Positions 54,045 through 64,000 of a stretch of DNA of 64,000 bases are shown piece after piece. Under the pieces are notes generated by a model, which did no database searches, was not told the DNA's origin, and saw only the letters and a program-made list of their open reading frames with translations. Position numbers and translations under genes: made by a program. The stretch lies in contig OX597821.1 of NCBI GenBank assembly GCA_951406725.2, positions 33,108,001 to 33,172,000 of the forward strand, given 5' to 3'. Every line of letters begins with the position of its first letter. Position 1 is the stretch's first letter. Source of the stretch: Octopus vulgaris. Taxonomy: Eukaryota.

Positions 54045-54263
54045 CCCTTTCGTTACTGTATTTATTTTGAGATGCTGTGTTTCTTTCAATTATTTTAAAT
54101 ATAACAAAGAATTTAGTAAAATAATTTAATTATCATTAAGCTAGCATCAGGAACATAAATTGCGACTAAGGTTTGGTGGAAGATTTTAATGGAAAACTTA
54201 TGAAAACAAGACATTTGTACTACAGAGCCAGAGCCGGTTTTGGCCGGATTGGTAACAAAAGGG
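54045..54263. mobile_element. piggyBac-type MITE
   Basis: TTAA|CCCTTTCGTTAC ... GTAACAAAAGGG|TTAA. Confidence 0.75.
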
Positions 54264-54627
54264 TTAAACCTTAACAATAGGCCTTTGGCAGAGAGTATAT
54301 TTCTGGGGTAGATTTTCGAAGCCCTCATATTTGCACTGAGCATCCCTTGATTCTTGATGTTTGTATTTTTTTAATTCAGCATGTTTGAAAATCTTTCCTA
54401 CTCCTTTCTCTACAATCATTATCATCATCATTAATGCCATAATACTTGCTTTTCTTGCTGATTTATTCTTAACTTCTTCCTAATCTTCTGGTGCTTAAAA
54501 CTATCATTACTGCTGCTATTGTTTCAAATCTTTTTAAGAAATACTGAATTAAATGTATTCAGAAATATATCTTTTTCTCTATCATACATCCTTCTTTTAT
54601 CCCTTTTTTTTCCTTTTTTTCTCACAG

Positions 54628-54809
54628 CCTATGAAGGTCCGAGCCCACCTTCAGGTATCCATCGATATCAGTTTTTTCTGTATGGAGAAAATCTCAATAA
54701 ACTCAAACTGCCATCAATGCGATCAGGTCGTTTATTTGATTTCGTAAAATTTGAAAAGACCAACAGGTTACAAGTTATAAGTAGTTTTCAATACTTGGTT
54801 TCTGCTTAA
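54628..54809 (+). CDS. Gene B exon 4 (GxHRY motif)
   Basis: Long pyrimidine tract ctcacag|(A)YEGPSPPSGIHRYQFFLYGEN...SSFQYLVSA*. Confidence 0.92.
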
Positions 54810-56929
54810 CCAATGATTTGAAGAACAGGGAAATGTTTTAAAAAAAAATGGTTTTAAAATATCATGGGATGTCACATAATAAAATATATAATAATAATGA
54901 TGGTGACGGTGGATGATAATAATAATAATAATAATAATGATGATAATAATAATAGTTATTATTAATATTGCAATCAATGAACCCAAAAAATATATATAAG
55001 TAATAAACAATGGATAAAAATAATTTTTGTTGTTGTATGTTGGTATGAATGGACAAGGTTTCAGACATTTCCCTGAAAATTTAAAATAACGCCAAATTTG
55101 TCATTTGGATTAGTTTGCACACGAGATTTTGGTGCATGTGAAGTATTGGAACTCTGTAAAGAACTTTCTTTAAACACTATATTTTCCTAAGAAAAATTTT
55201 CTTGGGTTTATGATCTGTTGTATGTGTCTTCTATTGTGCAAACAACAAAAGAAGTGGCATTGGATACCCCCTCCGAAAACAAGACAATTTTAAAATACAT
55301 GGAATTTAAAAGAATTTATAGAGTACTCAGAAAAGTGACAATGAAACAAACATTTTCACAGACAACAAGAAATTGCCTCCCAAAAAATGCAAATTTTCAC
55401 AGCTTAAGCAAAGGTATTGATAATATGATACTAATAATACTAACAGTAATTCTTTTACTGAAATTTCATACCAAAGTGAGATTTTAGATTTAGATTGAAT
55501 CCAGTCCAAACAAGAAGCATGACAGCTTTATGTTACAAAAGTGGGTGCCTCTTTACTTGAATAATTTATTTAAGAATGGGTAAGGAAGAAGGGGATATGC
55601 CTCTGATTCACAAAACCTAGATAGTTTTATTATGCTCTCAATTCCTAGATGATAGGAGTGGGTCAAATGAAAGTATGTGTGCCTAGTCTGCAACACTGAG
55701 GATGAGGTTAAAAGGATGCTGAAGTGGTATTCCACATACTTGTATATGGGTTAGCGCTACAATACATAGGATAACATAATACAAGGACCTATTTCTTTAC
55801 TACCCACAAGAGGCTAAACACAGAAGGGACAAACAAGGACAGACAAACGGATTAAGTCGATTATATCGACCCAGTGCGTAACTGGTACTTATTTTATCGA
55901 CCCCGAAAGGATGAAAGGCAAAGTCGACCTCAGCGGAATTTGAACTCAGAACGTAACGTCAGACGAAATACGGCTATGAATTTCACCCGGCGTGCTAACA
56001 TTTCTGCCAGCTCGCCGCCTTTACATAATACAAGGACCACTGTAAGAAATATTGCCACCTTTTCAGCCCAGTATGGGCTGCTAATGAATGCTGAGACGAC
56101 TATAAATTACAGTGTAGTCTATATGTATATGTAGGTCCTGATGACTACAAAAATTATATAGGCGTAGGAGTGGCTGTGTGGTAAGTATAGGTGTAGGAGT
56201 GACTGTGTGGTAAGTAGCTTGCTCACGAACCACATGGAACCGGGTTCAGTCCCACTGCATGGCACCTTGGGCAAGTGTCTTCTACTATAGCCTCAGGCTG
56301 ACCAAAGCCTTTTGAGAGGATTTGGTAGATGGAAACTGGAAAGAGCCCGTTGTATATATATATATGCGAGTATGTATATGTTTGTGTGTCTGTGCTTGTC
56401 CCCCAACATCGCCTGACAATCAATGCTGGTGTGTTTACATCCACATAACTTAGCGGTTCAGCAAAAAAAAACTGATAGAATAAGTACTAGGCTTACAAAG
56501 AGTAAGTCCTGGGGGCCGATTTGCACGACTAAGGGCAGTGCTCCAGCATGGCCACAGTCAAATGACAAACAAGTAAAAGAGTGAAAGAGATATCACAGAG
56601 CTGCATTCCATTTTTGATGCATAGATAAATGTGATAAAACTAGTGGTGCAGGGTAGAAATCCCAGCTATTAAAGGGCACCAATCAAAGTAACTTGAAGTC
56701 TTTCTGCTCAAAGGTCTGGAAAGACAGAAAAAAATGGAAAGTCAATAATGACCAACAGCAACAGATCCTAGTGCTACTATTCCCACAGCTTCAAGGAGAG
56801 CAGAAGAAACTGCTTTGTCCTTATTGTCAGCAGCTAATGGCTGTGAGTCACCTTTCTCTGCAATGATTTCAAATTTTTCCACAAGGGCATCAATTTTGCA
56901 GGGAGGGGATGAGTTGATTACATTGACCC

Positions 56930-57240
56930 CAGTTATCAACCACCTCACCAACAACAACACTGAACACCTTTTTGATCTCCATGTGTCTAACACACGTGGA
57001 CATGCCTACAAAGTCAGAAAACAACACAGCTCCCATGACTTTCGGAAACATTTTTTCACGCTCAGAGTTGCTGAAGCATGGAATAAACTGCCTGCGTCAG
57101 TTGTTGACTGCCATGACACTGCATCCTTTAAGGCCCTCATGCTTTCCGAAATCTGCCAAAACTACACCTGATTATATATACACTTTAGATGAGTTGTAGT
57201 GCACCTGAGCACTGTACACAATTATTATTATTATTATTAT
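56930..57240 (+). mobile_element. CR1-like LINE 3' fragment
   Basis: TRGHAYK...RKHFFTLRVAEAWNKLPASVV; (ATT)n tail. Confidence 0.75.
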
Positions 57241-58213
57241 TATTTTTAATTTATTGACCCTGACAAGATGAAAGGCAAAGTTAACCTCAGCAGAATTTGA
57301 ATGCAAAACATAGCAGCAGATGAAATGCTGCTAAGCATTTTGTCCAGCATGCTAACGATTCTGCTAGCTTGATGCCTTAGCAACAACCAACAATACTTCC
57401 CTATTGTCACCAGACAGTGAGGTGAGAGATGGGACAAGGTTGGAATAGGAAAATATGGGATGAGATAGTGAGGGCTGATCTCAAGATGTTGAGCCTCGCA
57501 GAAGAGATGCTAATGGACAAGGATGAAGTTCTTGAGAAGACCTGGCCACCTCAGTTCTGGAAGCACTGTATATTCCTCCCACATCATCATCATCTAATGT
57601 CCGCCTTCCATGCTGGCATGGGTTGGATGGTTTGACAGGAGCTGCCCAGGTAGAAGACTGCTCCAGGCTACTGTGTCTGTTTTGGCATGGTTTTTATAGC
57701 TGGATGCCCTTCCTAACACCAACTGCCCCTCAGAATGCACTGAGTATGTTTTACATGGCACTAGCACAGATGAGGTCAGTTTTGGCATGGTTTTTATAGC
57801 TGACTGCCCTTCCAAATGCTAACCACTTCATAGTGTAGACTGGATGCTTTTTATGTGACACCAGCACTGGCAGGATTACCAAATTACTTGCAAGATAAGG
57901 AATTTTGAGAAGGAGAGGGAGCTTTGGAGGACATGATCTTGTGTCAAGTAATGAAAGGCTAGTGTAACAGAAAGACAGAAACGGATATCTTGCTATAGAT
58001 TAGGTTACCCAGCCAAACAGAAAAAGAGGGAAAGACAGACAGACAGAGAGAAGTAACAAGCAAGAAGACAGAAACAGGTGCGCTAATGTAAAGGAGATAC
58101 TTGCTTACCTGGCCAGAAGGAAGAGCAAGAGGTGGGAGAGAGTGATCAAAAACGAGGGCAGAAACACATGTAGCATTAATTCACACACCCTACCTTAATT
58201 AACTAAACTACAC

Positions 58214-58611
58214 GGATCTTTTCGGTTTGAATGGCAGTTTTTAACATAATTTCTAGGTAACTAAAAAATTTCAAACTTCGTATACTGGTAGAATGTGTTT
58301 ATAAAACATCTTTTTCTCTTGGCTTTATTGAGAAAATTCTAAAGTTTGTAAGATATTTGTTGTTTTTTCTTCAATTTCAACCAATCAATGATGTCTATTG
58401 AGGTGAAAACATTCTGTGCCATATGAATATGTCCCTCGTTTAAGAAACAGACTGGGTTTATTTACATTTGTGAAGAAAAAAAAGATACCCTTTCCCTCAC
58501 CCTAACCTAAAACAGATTGAAATGCAATAGATCGATACTAGGGTCATAATTATGGGTGACAATTTCATATGACACCGCGAGAAAAAACTACTGTTCAAAC
58601 CGAAAAGATCC
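58214..58611 (+). mobile_element. GGATC-TIR MITE copy 6
   Basis: TSD aactacac/aagtacac. Confidence 0.9.
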
Positions 58612-59958
58612 AAGTACACCTCTTCTTCATTCACTACTCCGATCCCTCCCTTTCCACTCCTGCAGCCCTATCTTGTCCTCCCCATTGCCAGCTGTAGCAA
58701 GCTATTCTACCCAACAACTAGCTCCACTACACACACACAAACACACACCATATATCCATTGTTTCACTACATTTCCCTCCATTCCCTCCCTTTCTGCACT
58801 TTCACAAACTCCATGCACTCTGGATAATCCTTTACCATTCCATTTATATTTACCACCACGTACCTTGAGGGTATGCCTTGGCACATTGCCACCTCTCTGG
58901 CCCTCTCTTCCTCTTGCTATCTCTCACTCTCCCTTGAACTGGGGTAACCATGTTTATCCTTTACAGTAAGACACCTGTATCCATACCTGTGTCACACTTT
59001 AACCTTGCATCACCTGGGACAAAGCCACACCCTTTTGAGGGATCTTTGTCTTGAAAGTTACATAATGACTTCGCTGATGCATGGCTCAGTGGTTAGAGCG
59101 TCGAGCTTACGATCGTGAGGTTGTCAGCTCGAATCCCGGACCGGGCTGCGTGTTGTGTTCTTGAGCAAGACACTTTACTTCACGTTGCTCCAGTTAACTC
59201 AGCTGTAGAAATGAGTTGCGACGTCATGGGTGCCAAGCTGTATTGGCCTCTTTGCCTTTCCCTTGGATAACACTGGTAGCGTGGAGAGGGGAGGCCGGTA
59301 TGCATGGGCAACTGCTGGTCTTCCATAAACCACCTTGTCCAGACTTGTGACTAGGAGGGCAACTTTCTAGGTGCAATTCCATGGTCAGTGTCGTGACCAA
59401 AGGGGGTCCCCGATGCTGGTCTCACATGAATAGCGCCCAGTTCACTGTAAAGTGATTGGATTTAGGAAGGGCATCCAGCTGTAAAAACCATGCCAAAGCA
59501 GAACTTGCCAATACTGGTGCCATGTAAAAAAAAAGCGCCCAGTCCAATCTGTAAAGTGGTGGTGTTAGAAAGGGTATCTAGCTGTAAAAAAACAGATTGT
59601 GATTATATATATATATGTATAGGAGTGGCTGTGTGGTAAGTAGCTTGCTTACCAACCACATGGTTTCGGGTTCAGTCCCACTGTGTGGCACCTTGAGCAA
59701 GTGTCTTCTATAGCCGTGGGCCAACCAAAGCCTTGTGAGTGCTCCAGCAGTCAAATGACTGAAACAAGTAAAAGAGTAAAGAGTAAAGAAATAGTGGTAC
59801 AACAAGGCACCAATGTTTGCTGGAAATAGCAGTTGATAACAATACAACGCTATGTAAACCTTCACTGAAATATATACTGAAGAAAATTTTTTAGTTCACT
59901 GCCTGCATACATCTTTACCATTATACATTCCAGTGAAGCTTTACATAGCATCGTATTG

Positions 59959-61145
59959 TTATTGACTGCTATTTCCAGCAAACATTGGTGCCTTGTTATA
60001 CCACTATTTCTTATTTATAATTCTACCTTTATCGTTATTGACTGCTATTTCCAGCAAACATTGGTGCCTTGTTGTACCACTATTTCTTATTTATAATTCT
60101 ACCTTTATCGTTATTGACTGCTATTTCCAGCAAACATTGGTGCCTTGTTGTACCACTATTTCTTATTTATAATTCTACCTTTATCGTTATTGACTGCTAT
60201 TTCCAGCAAACATTGGTGCCTTGTTGTACCACTATTTCTTATTTATAATTCTACCTTTATCGTTATTGACTGCTATTTCCAGCAAACATTGGTGCCTTGT
60301 TGTACCACTATTTCTTATTTATAATTCTACCTTTATCGTTATTGACTGCTATTTCCAGCAAACATTGGTGCCTTGTTGTACCACTATTTCTTATTTATAA
60401 TTCTACCTTTATCGTTATTGACTGCTATTTCTAGCAAACATTGGTGCCTTGTTGTACCACTATTTCTTATTTATAATTCTACCTTTATCGTTATTGACTG
60501 CTATTTCCAGCAAACATTGGTGCCTTGTTGTACCACTATTTCTTATTTATAATTCTACCTTTATCGTTATTGACTGCTATTTCCAGCAAATATTGGTGCC
60601 TTGTTATACCACTATTTCTTATTTATAATTCTACCTTTATCGTTATTGACTGCTATTTCCAGCAAACATTGGTGCCTTGTTGTACCACTATTTCTTATTT
60701 ATAATTCTACCTTTATCGTTATTGACTGCTATTTCCAGCAAACATTGGTGCCTTTTTGTACCACTATTTCTTATTTATAATTCTACCTTTACAGTGCTTT
60801 ATTTGGCGGGAAAGTGATACTATTGTATTTCCAGCAAACATTGGTGCCTTGTTGTACCACTATTTCTTATTTATAATTCTACCTTTATCGTTATTGACTG
60901 CTATTTCCAGCAAACATATTTGCCTTGTTGTACCACTATTTCTTATTTATAATTCTACCTTTATCGTTATTGACTGCTATTTCCAGCAAACATTGGTGCC
61001 TTGTTGTACCACTATTTCTTATTTATAATTCTTTATACTTCTTTTCGTTATTGACTGCTATTTCCAGCAAACATTGGTGCCTTGTTGTACCACTATTTCT
61101 TATTTATAATTCTACCTTTATCGTTATTGACTGCTATTTCCAGCA
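59959..61145 (+). repeat. 76-bp tandem repeat, ~15 copies
   Basis: Unit TTATTGACTGCTATTTCCAGCAAACATTGGTGCCTTGTTGTACCACTATTTCTTATTTATAATTCTACCTTTATCG; one interruption at ~60790-60827. Confidence 0.95.
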
Positions 61146-61402
61146 ACACACACACACCATAAATATATATATATACATATATGGAATAGAATGGAATGGA
61201 AGCACTCCGTCGGTTAACGACGAGGGTTCCGGTTGATCCGATCAATTGTATTGCAATGATATTTAAAGTTTATATTTTCTGATATATATATATTCAGGAT
61301 GGAATCTGAAGGTAAGCCTATTTTTAAAAATATTTATTACCTGTTTAGGTAGAAGTCTTGCTATCCACCCCATTATTACTGTTTTTAAGAGTAATAATAC
61401 TT

Positions 61403-61444
<42 letters not shown>

Positions 61445-63003
61445 CAGTTGCGGCCAAAATGTTCAGAACGGCATTGTTTTCGTCAGAAAAGTAGGTATAA
61501 GTTTTTATCAAAGTTGTCTTATATTCTATAATTTTCACAGACAATAAATACGATATTAATTGTTATTGTCTGAGATTTTGGTGTAATTTGAGAGGATAAT
61601 ACAAAAGTTATGGATGATTTAGTGATTTACTGCCAAACCCATGGCAGCCAAAATGATCAGAACGGTTGAAAAAAATAACAAAATAATCAAAAATGACAGA
61701 GAATACTGGAATTATTTAATATTTCGTGTGAAGCCCTTTAGCTTCAATCACACTTTGACATCTTCGACTGCATGAGGAAATTAAATTTTCAATTTCTTGC
61801 TGGGTGATCTTATTCCATTCTTCTTGAAGGGCATTCCATAATTTTTCGGTTGTTTTAGGATTTCTGGCTTTCGAACGTTCTCCTAGAATATTCCACACGT
61901 TTTCAATAGGATTGAGATCTGGGCTTTGAGCAGGCCAATCCATAACAATAACCTTTTCAGCCTTGAGGAAGTTCATGACCACCTTAGCCTTGTCCTGCAT
62001 GAATATGGGTGGTCGCTTAGTTGAATTTCTCAGCACAGGTAAGACATGATCTTTTACAAGTATTTTATAAACTCCTGCATTTACCTTTCCATGTAATCGC
62101 ACCAAAGGGCCCACACCATCTCCAGATATCATTCCCCAAACCATGACACTTCCTCCACCGAATTTAACACTAGTCTTAAGGCATTTAGGCGACAATTTTT
62201 CATTAGATTTGTCACTGAAATGCACCGTTTGCCATTTTTCTTGAGACCACAACACATGTTCGGTTGCAAAGGTAAGACGACACTTTTTATTCTTAGAGCT
62301 GATCAGTGGCTTCACTGCAGGTGCTCTTGCTTGTAGGTCATGTTCAACTAAATGATGAGACAGTTTTTTGAGATAAAGTTTTCTTCAGTACGATGCTCAT
62401 TTCCAGAGAAACAGCAGCAGCAGTTTTAAATCTGTCCTTTTTAACCAACTTTACCATAGCACGATCTTCTCTCTTGGTCGTTTTTCTTGGCCTACCTGTA
62501 GACTGTCTTGCTTCACACGAACCACAATCATCGTAGACCTTAAGAATACCGTGAACAACACTTTTTGACTGGTTAACAATCTTTGCAATAGACCCAATAC
62601 TTAAATTATCCTTCTTTCGAAGCTTAATAATCTGCTGACGAATTGGTAACGGAGTAAATGGCATTATATTAACAAAGTACGCTGTAGGTATTCTTACTAA
62701 TGTTTAGTAAATGAACCGTCGCGTGAACAAATTCAAAACAGAGTTCGCCGGTCAAATATACTAAAACACGGAGTAAAAGCAACCATTCTGATCATTTTGG
62801 CCGTCATGGGTTTTGCAGTAAATCACTAAATCATCCATAACTTTTGTATTATCCTCTCAAATTACACCAAAATCTCAGACAATAACAATTAATATCGTAT
62901 CTATTGTCTGTGAAAATTATAGAATATAAAACAACTTTGATAAAAACTTATACCTACTTTTCTGACGAAAACAATGCCATTCTGAACATTTTGGCCACAA
63001 CTG
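61445..63003 (-). mobile_element. Tc1-family (IR/DR type) DNA transposon, defective
   Basis: ~225-bp TIRs CAGTTG(C/T)GGCCAAAATGTTCAGAA..., with that motif repeated at the inner TIR end; flanked by TA. Confidence 0.93.
61716..62664 (-). pseudogene. Tc1 DD34E-type transposase pseudogene
   Basis: GRPRKTT, VHFSD, GGGSVMVWG, FMQD, WPAQSPDLNPIENVW. Frameshift near 62345 and apparent deletions after FSD and QD. Confidence 0.9.
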
Positions 63004-63020
63004 TATATATATATATATAT

Positions 63021-63278
63021 AATTTAAAGGACTGACCACTAAAAGTGGACGGTCAATATGCTAGATATAGACGTCAAAATCGCTATTTTCCACGAAGAAT
63101 GTGTTCTCATAGGTAATCGTTTTTGATTTCATATCTTTTCATTTGTCTTGCTTATTTTTTACTCTTTGGTTTTGTGCTGAGTTTTTTCTTGAGAACACAT
63201 TCTTCGTGGAAAATAGCGATTTTGACGTCTATATCTAGCATATTGACCGTCCACTTTTAGTGGTCAGTCCTTTAAATT
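63021..63278. repeat. Perfect inverted repeat, 89-bp arms, 80-nt spacer
   Basis: 63021-63109 is the reverse complement of 63190-63278. Confidence 0.92.
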
Positions 63279-63369
63279 TTGTATGTAAAAAATATTTTAA
63301 TCTTTGGATTTTTTTTAATATGCTAGGCCACTAGTTTTAATTGATTAATATCAATTTCTACCCTTATTC

Positions 63370-63415
<46 letters not shown>

Positions 63416-64000
63416 GATGCCACACACACTTTCATACCAACACTGAATGACAATGTTGATATCAATCAGGCCCCTATGATGTGTTAGAATGCTTTCAAAG
63501 TAGCATGGTAACATTAATAAATTAATATAGCCATGTTGTCAATAAAGATGGCAAATAAAATCAATGTTACTTAAATGTAATGAAATGAAAATAATAATAA
63601 AACAAAAGTTAAAATATAGAAAACTACCTTTATTTTTAAATACAGATATTTACATGCAATAGGTTTTGCATTGAACAATCATGGAAAAAACATCTTTTTA
63701 TTCCTTTTTAGTTTAGTTTAGTATTTATTTTAAAAGTACATAAACTGAAAATGTAACCAATTTCAGAGAAAGGATCACACAATAACACTGAGCATGCAGA
63801 GTGTCTGTAGGGACTATTTAATGTAATTTAATATTACAGTTTTAGTGAAAACTTTCTCAAAAAATAAAATCCTTGGTTGTAATTATTTTCTACATGGCGT
63901 TACTATTTTTATTTGATTATTTCATTTTTTTTGTTTTGTTTTTCTAGTTCTAGTTCTGCTAAATGTCACGTAGAGTAGCCTGCGAGAAAATAATGGGAGA

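Larger units (their letters stand above)
34569..54809 (+). other. Gene B: secreted PEBP-family (PEBP4-like) gene, 4 coding exons, ~178 aa
   Basis: Exons 34569-34775, 47550-47648, 51021-51069 and 54628-54809 join in frame. PEBP motifs MVDPDA, WLHW and GPSPPSGIHRY are present. Confidence 0.9.

Noticed and set aside
59959-61145. Possible CRISPR array
   Set aside because: Units are contiguous and near-identical with no unique spacers; no cas genes; eukaryotic context.

Overview
AT-rich, microsatellite-dense eukaryotic DNA. The SINE/MITE/Penelope repertoire looks like an octopod cephalopod genome; this is an inference from repeat families. Two divergently transcribed, 4-exon, signal-peptide-bearing PEBP (PEBP4-like) paralogues can be assembled from GT-AG exons with identical intron phases (0,0,1). 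Gene A is on the minus strand (20167->970, ~219 aa) with a degenerate ligand pocket and a GPI-signal-like C-terminal tail. Gene B is on the plus strand (34569->54809, ~178 aa) with canonical motifs. Introns and intergenic DNA hold a nearly intact 6.1-kb Helitron, RTE, Tx1/L1, CR1-like and Penelope retroelement fragments, a defective IR/DR Tc1 element, six copies of an 8-bp-TSD GG-ended MITE, piggyBac-type MITEs, tRNA-derived SINEs, and 35-bp and 76-bp minisatellites. The most unusual signal is about ten sequence-unrelated fold-back (palindromic) or Penelope-like modules. Many carry type I hammerhead ribozyme cores with palindromic stem III, including recurrent non-canonical variants (C4, 10.1-11.1 mismatch, possible U3-A8). 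Three cores lie sense within PEBP introns. All calls were made by eye; no searches or folding programs were run.
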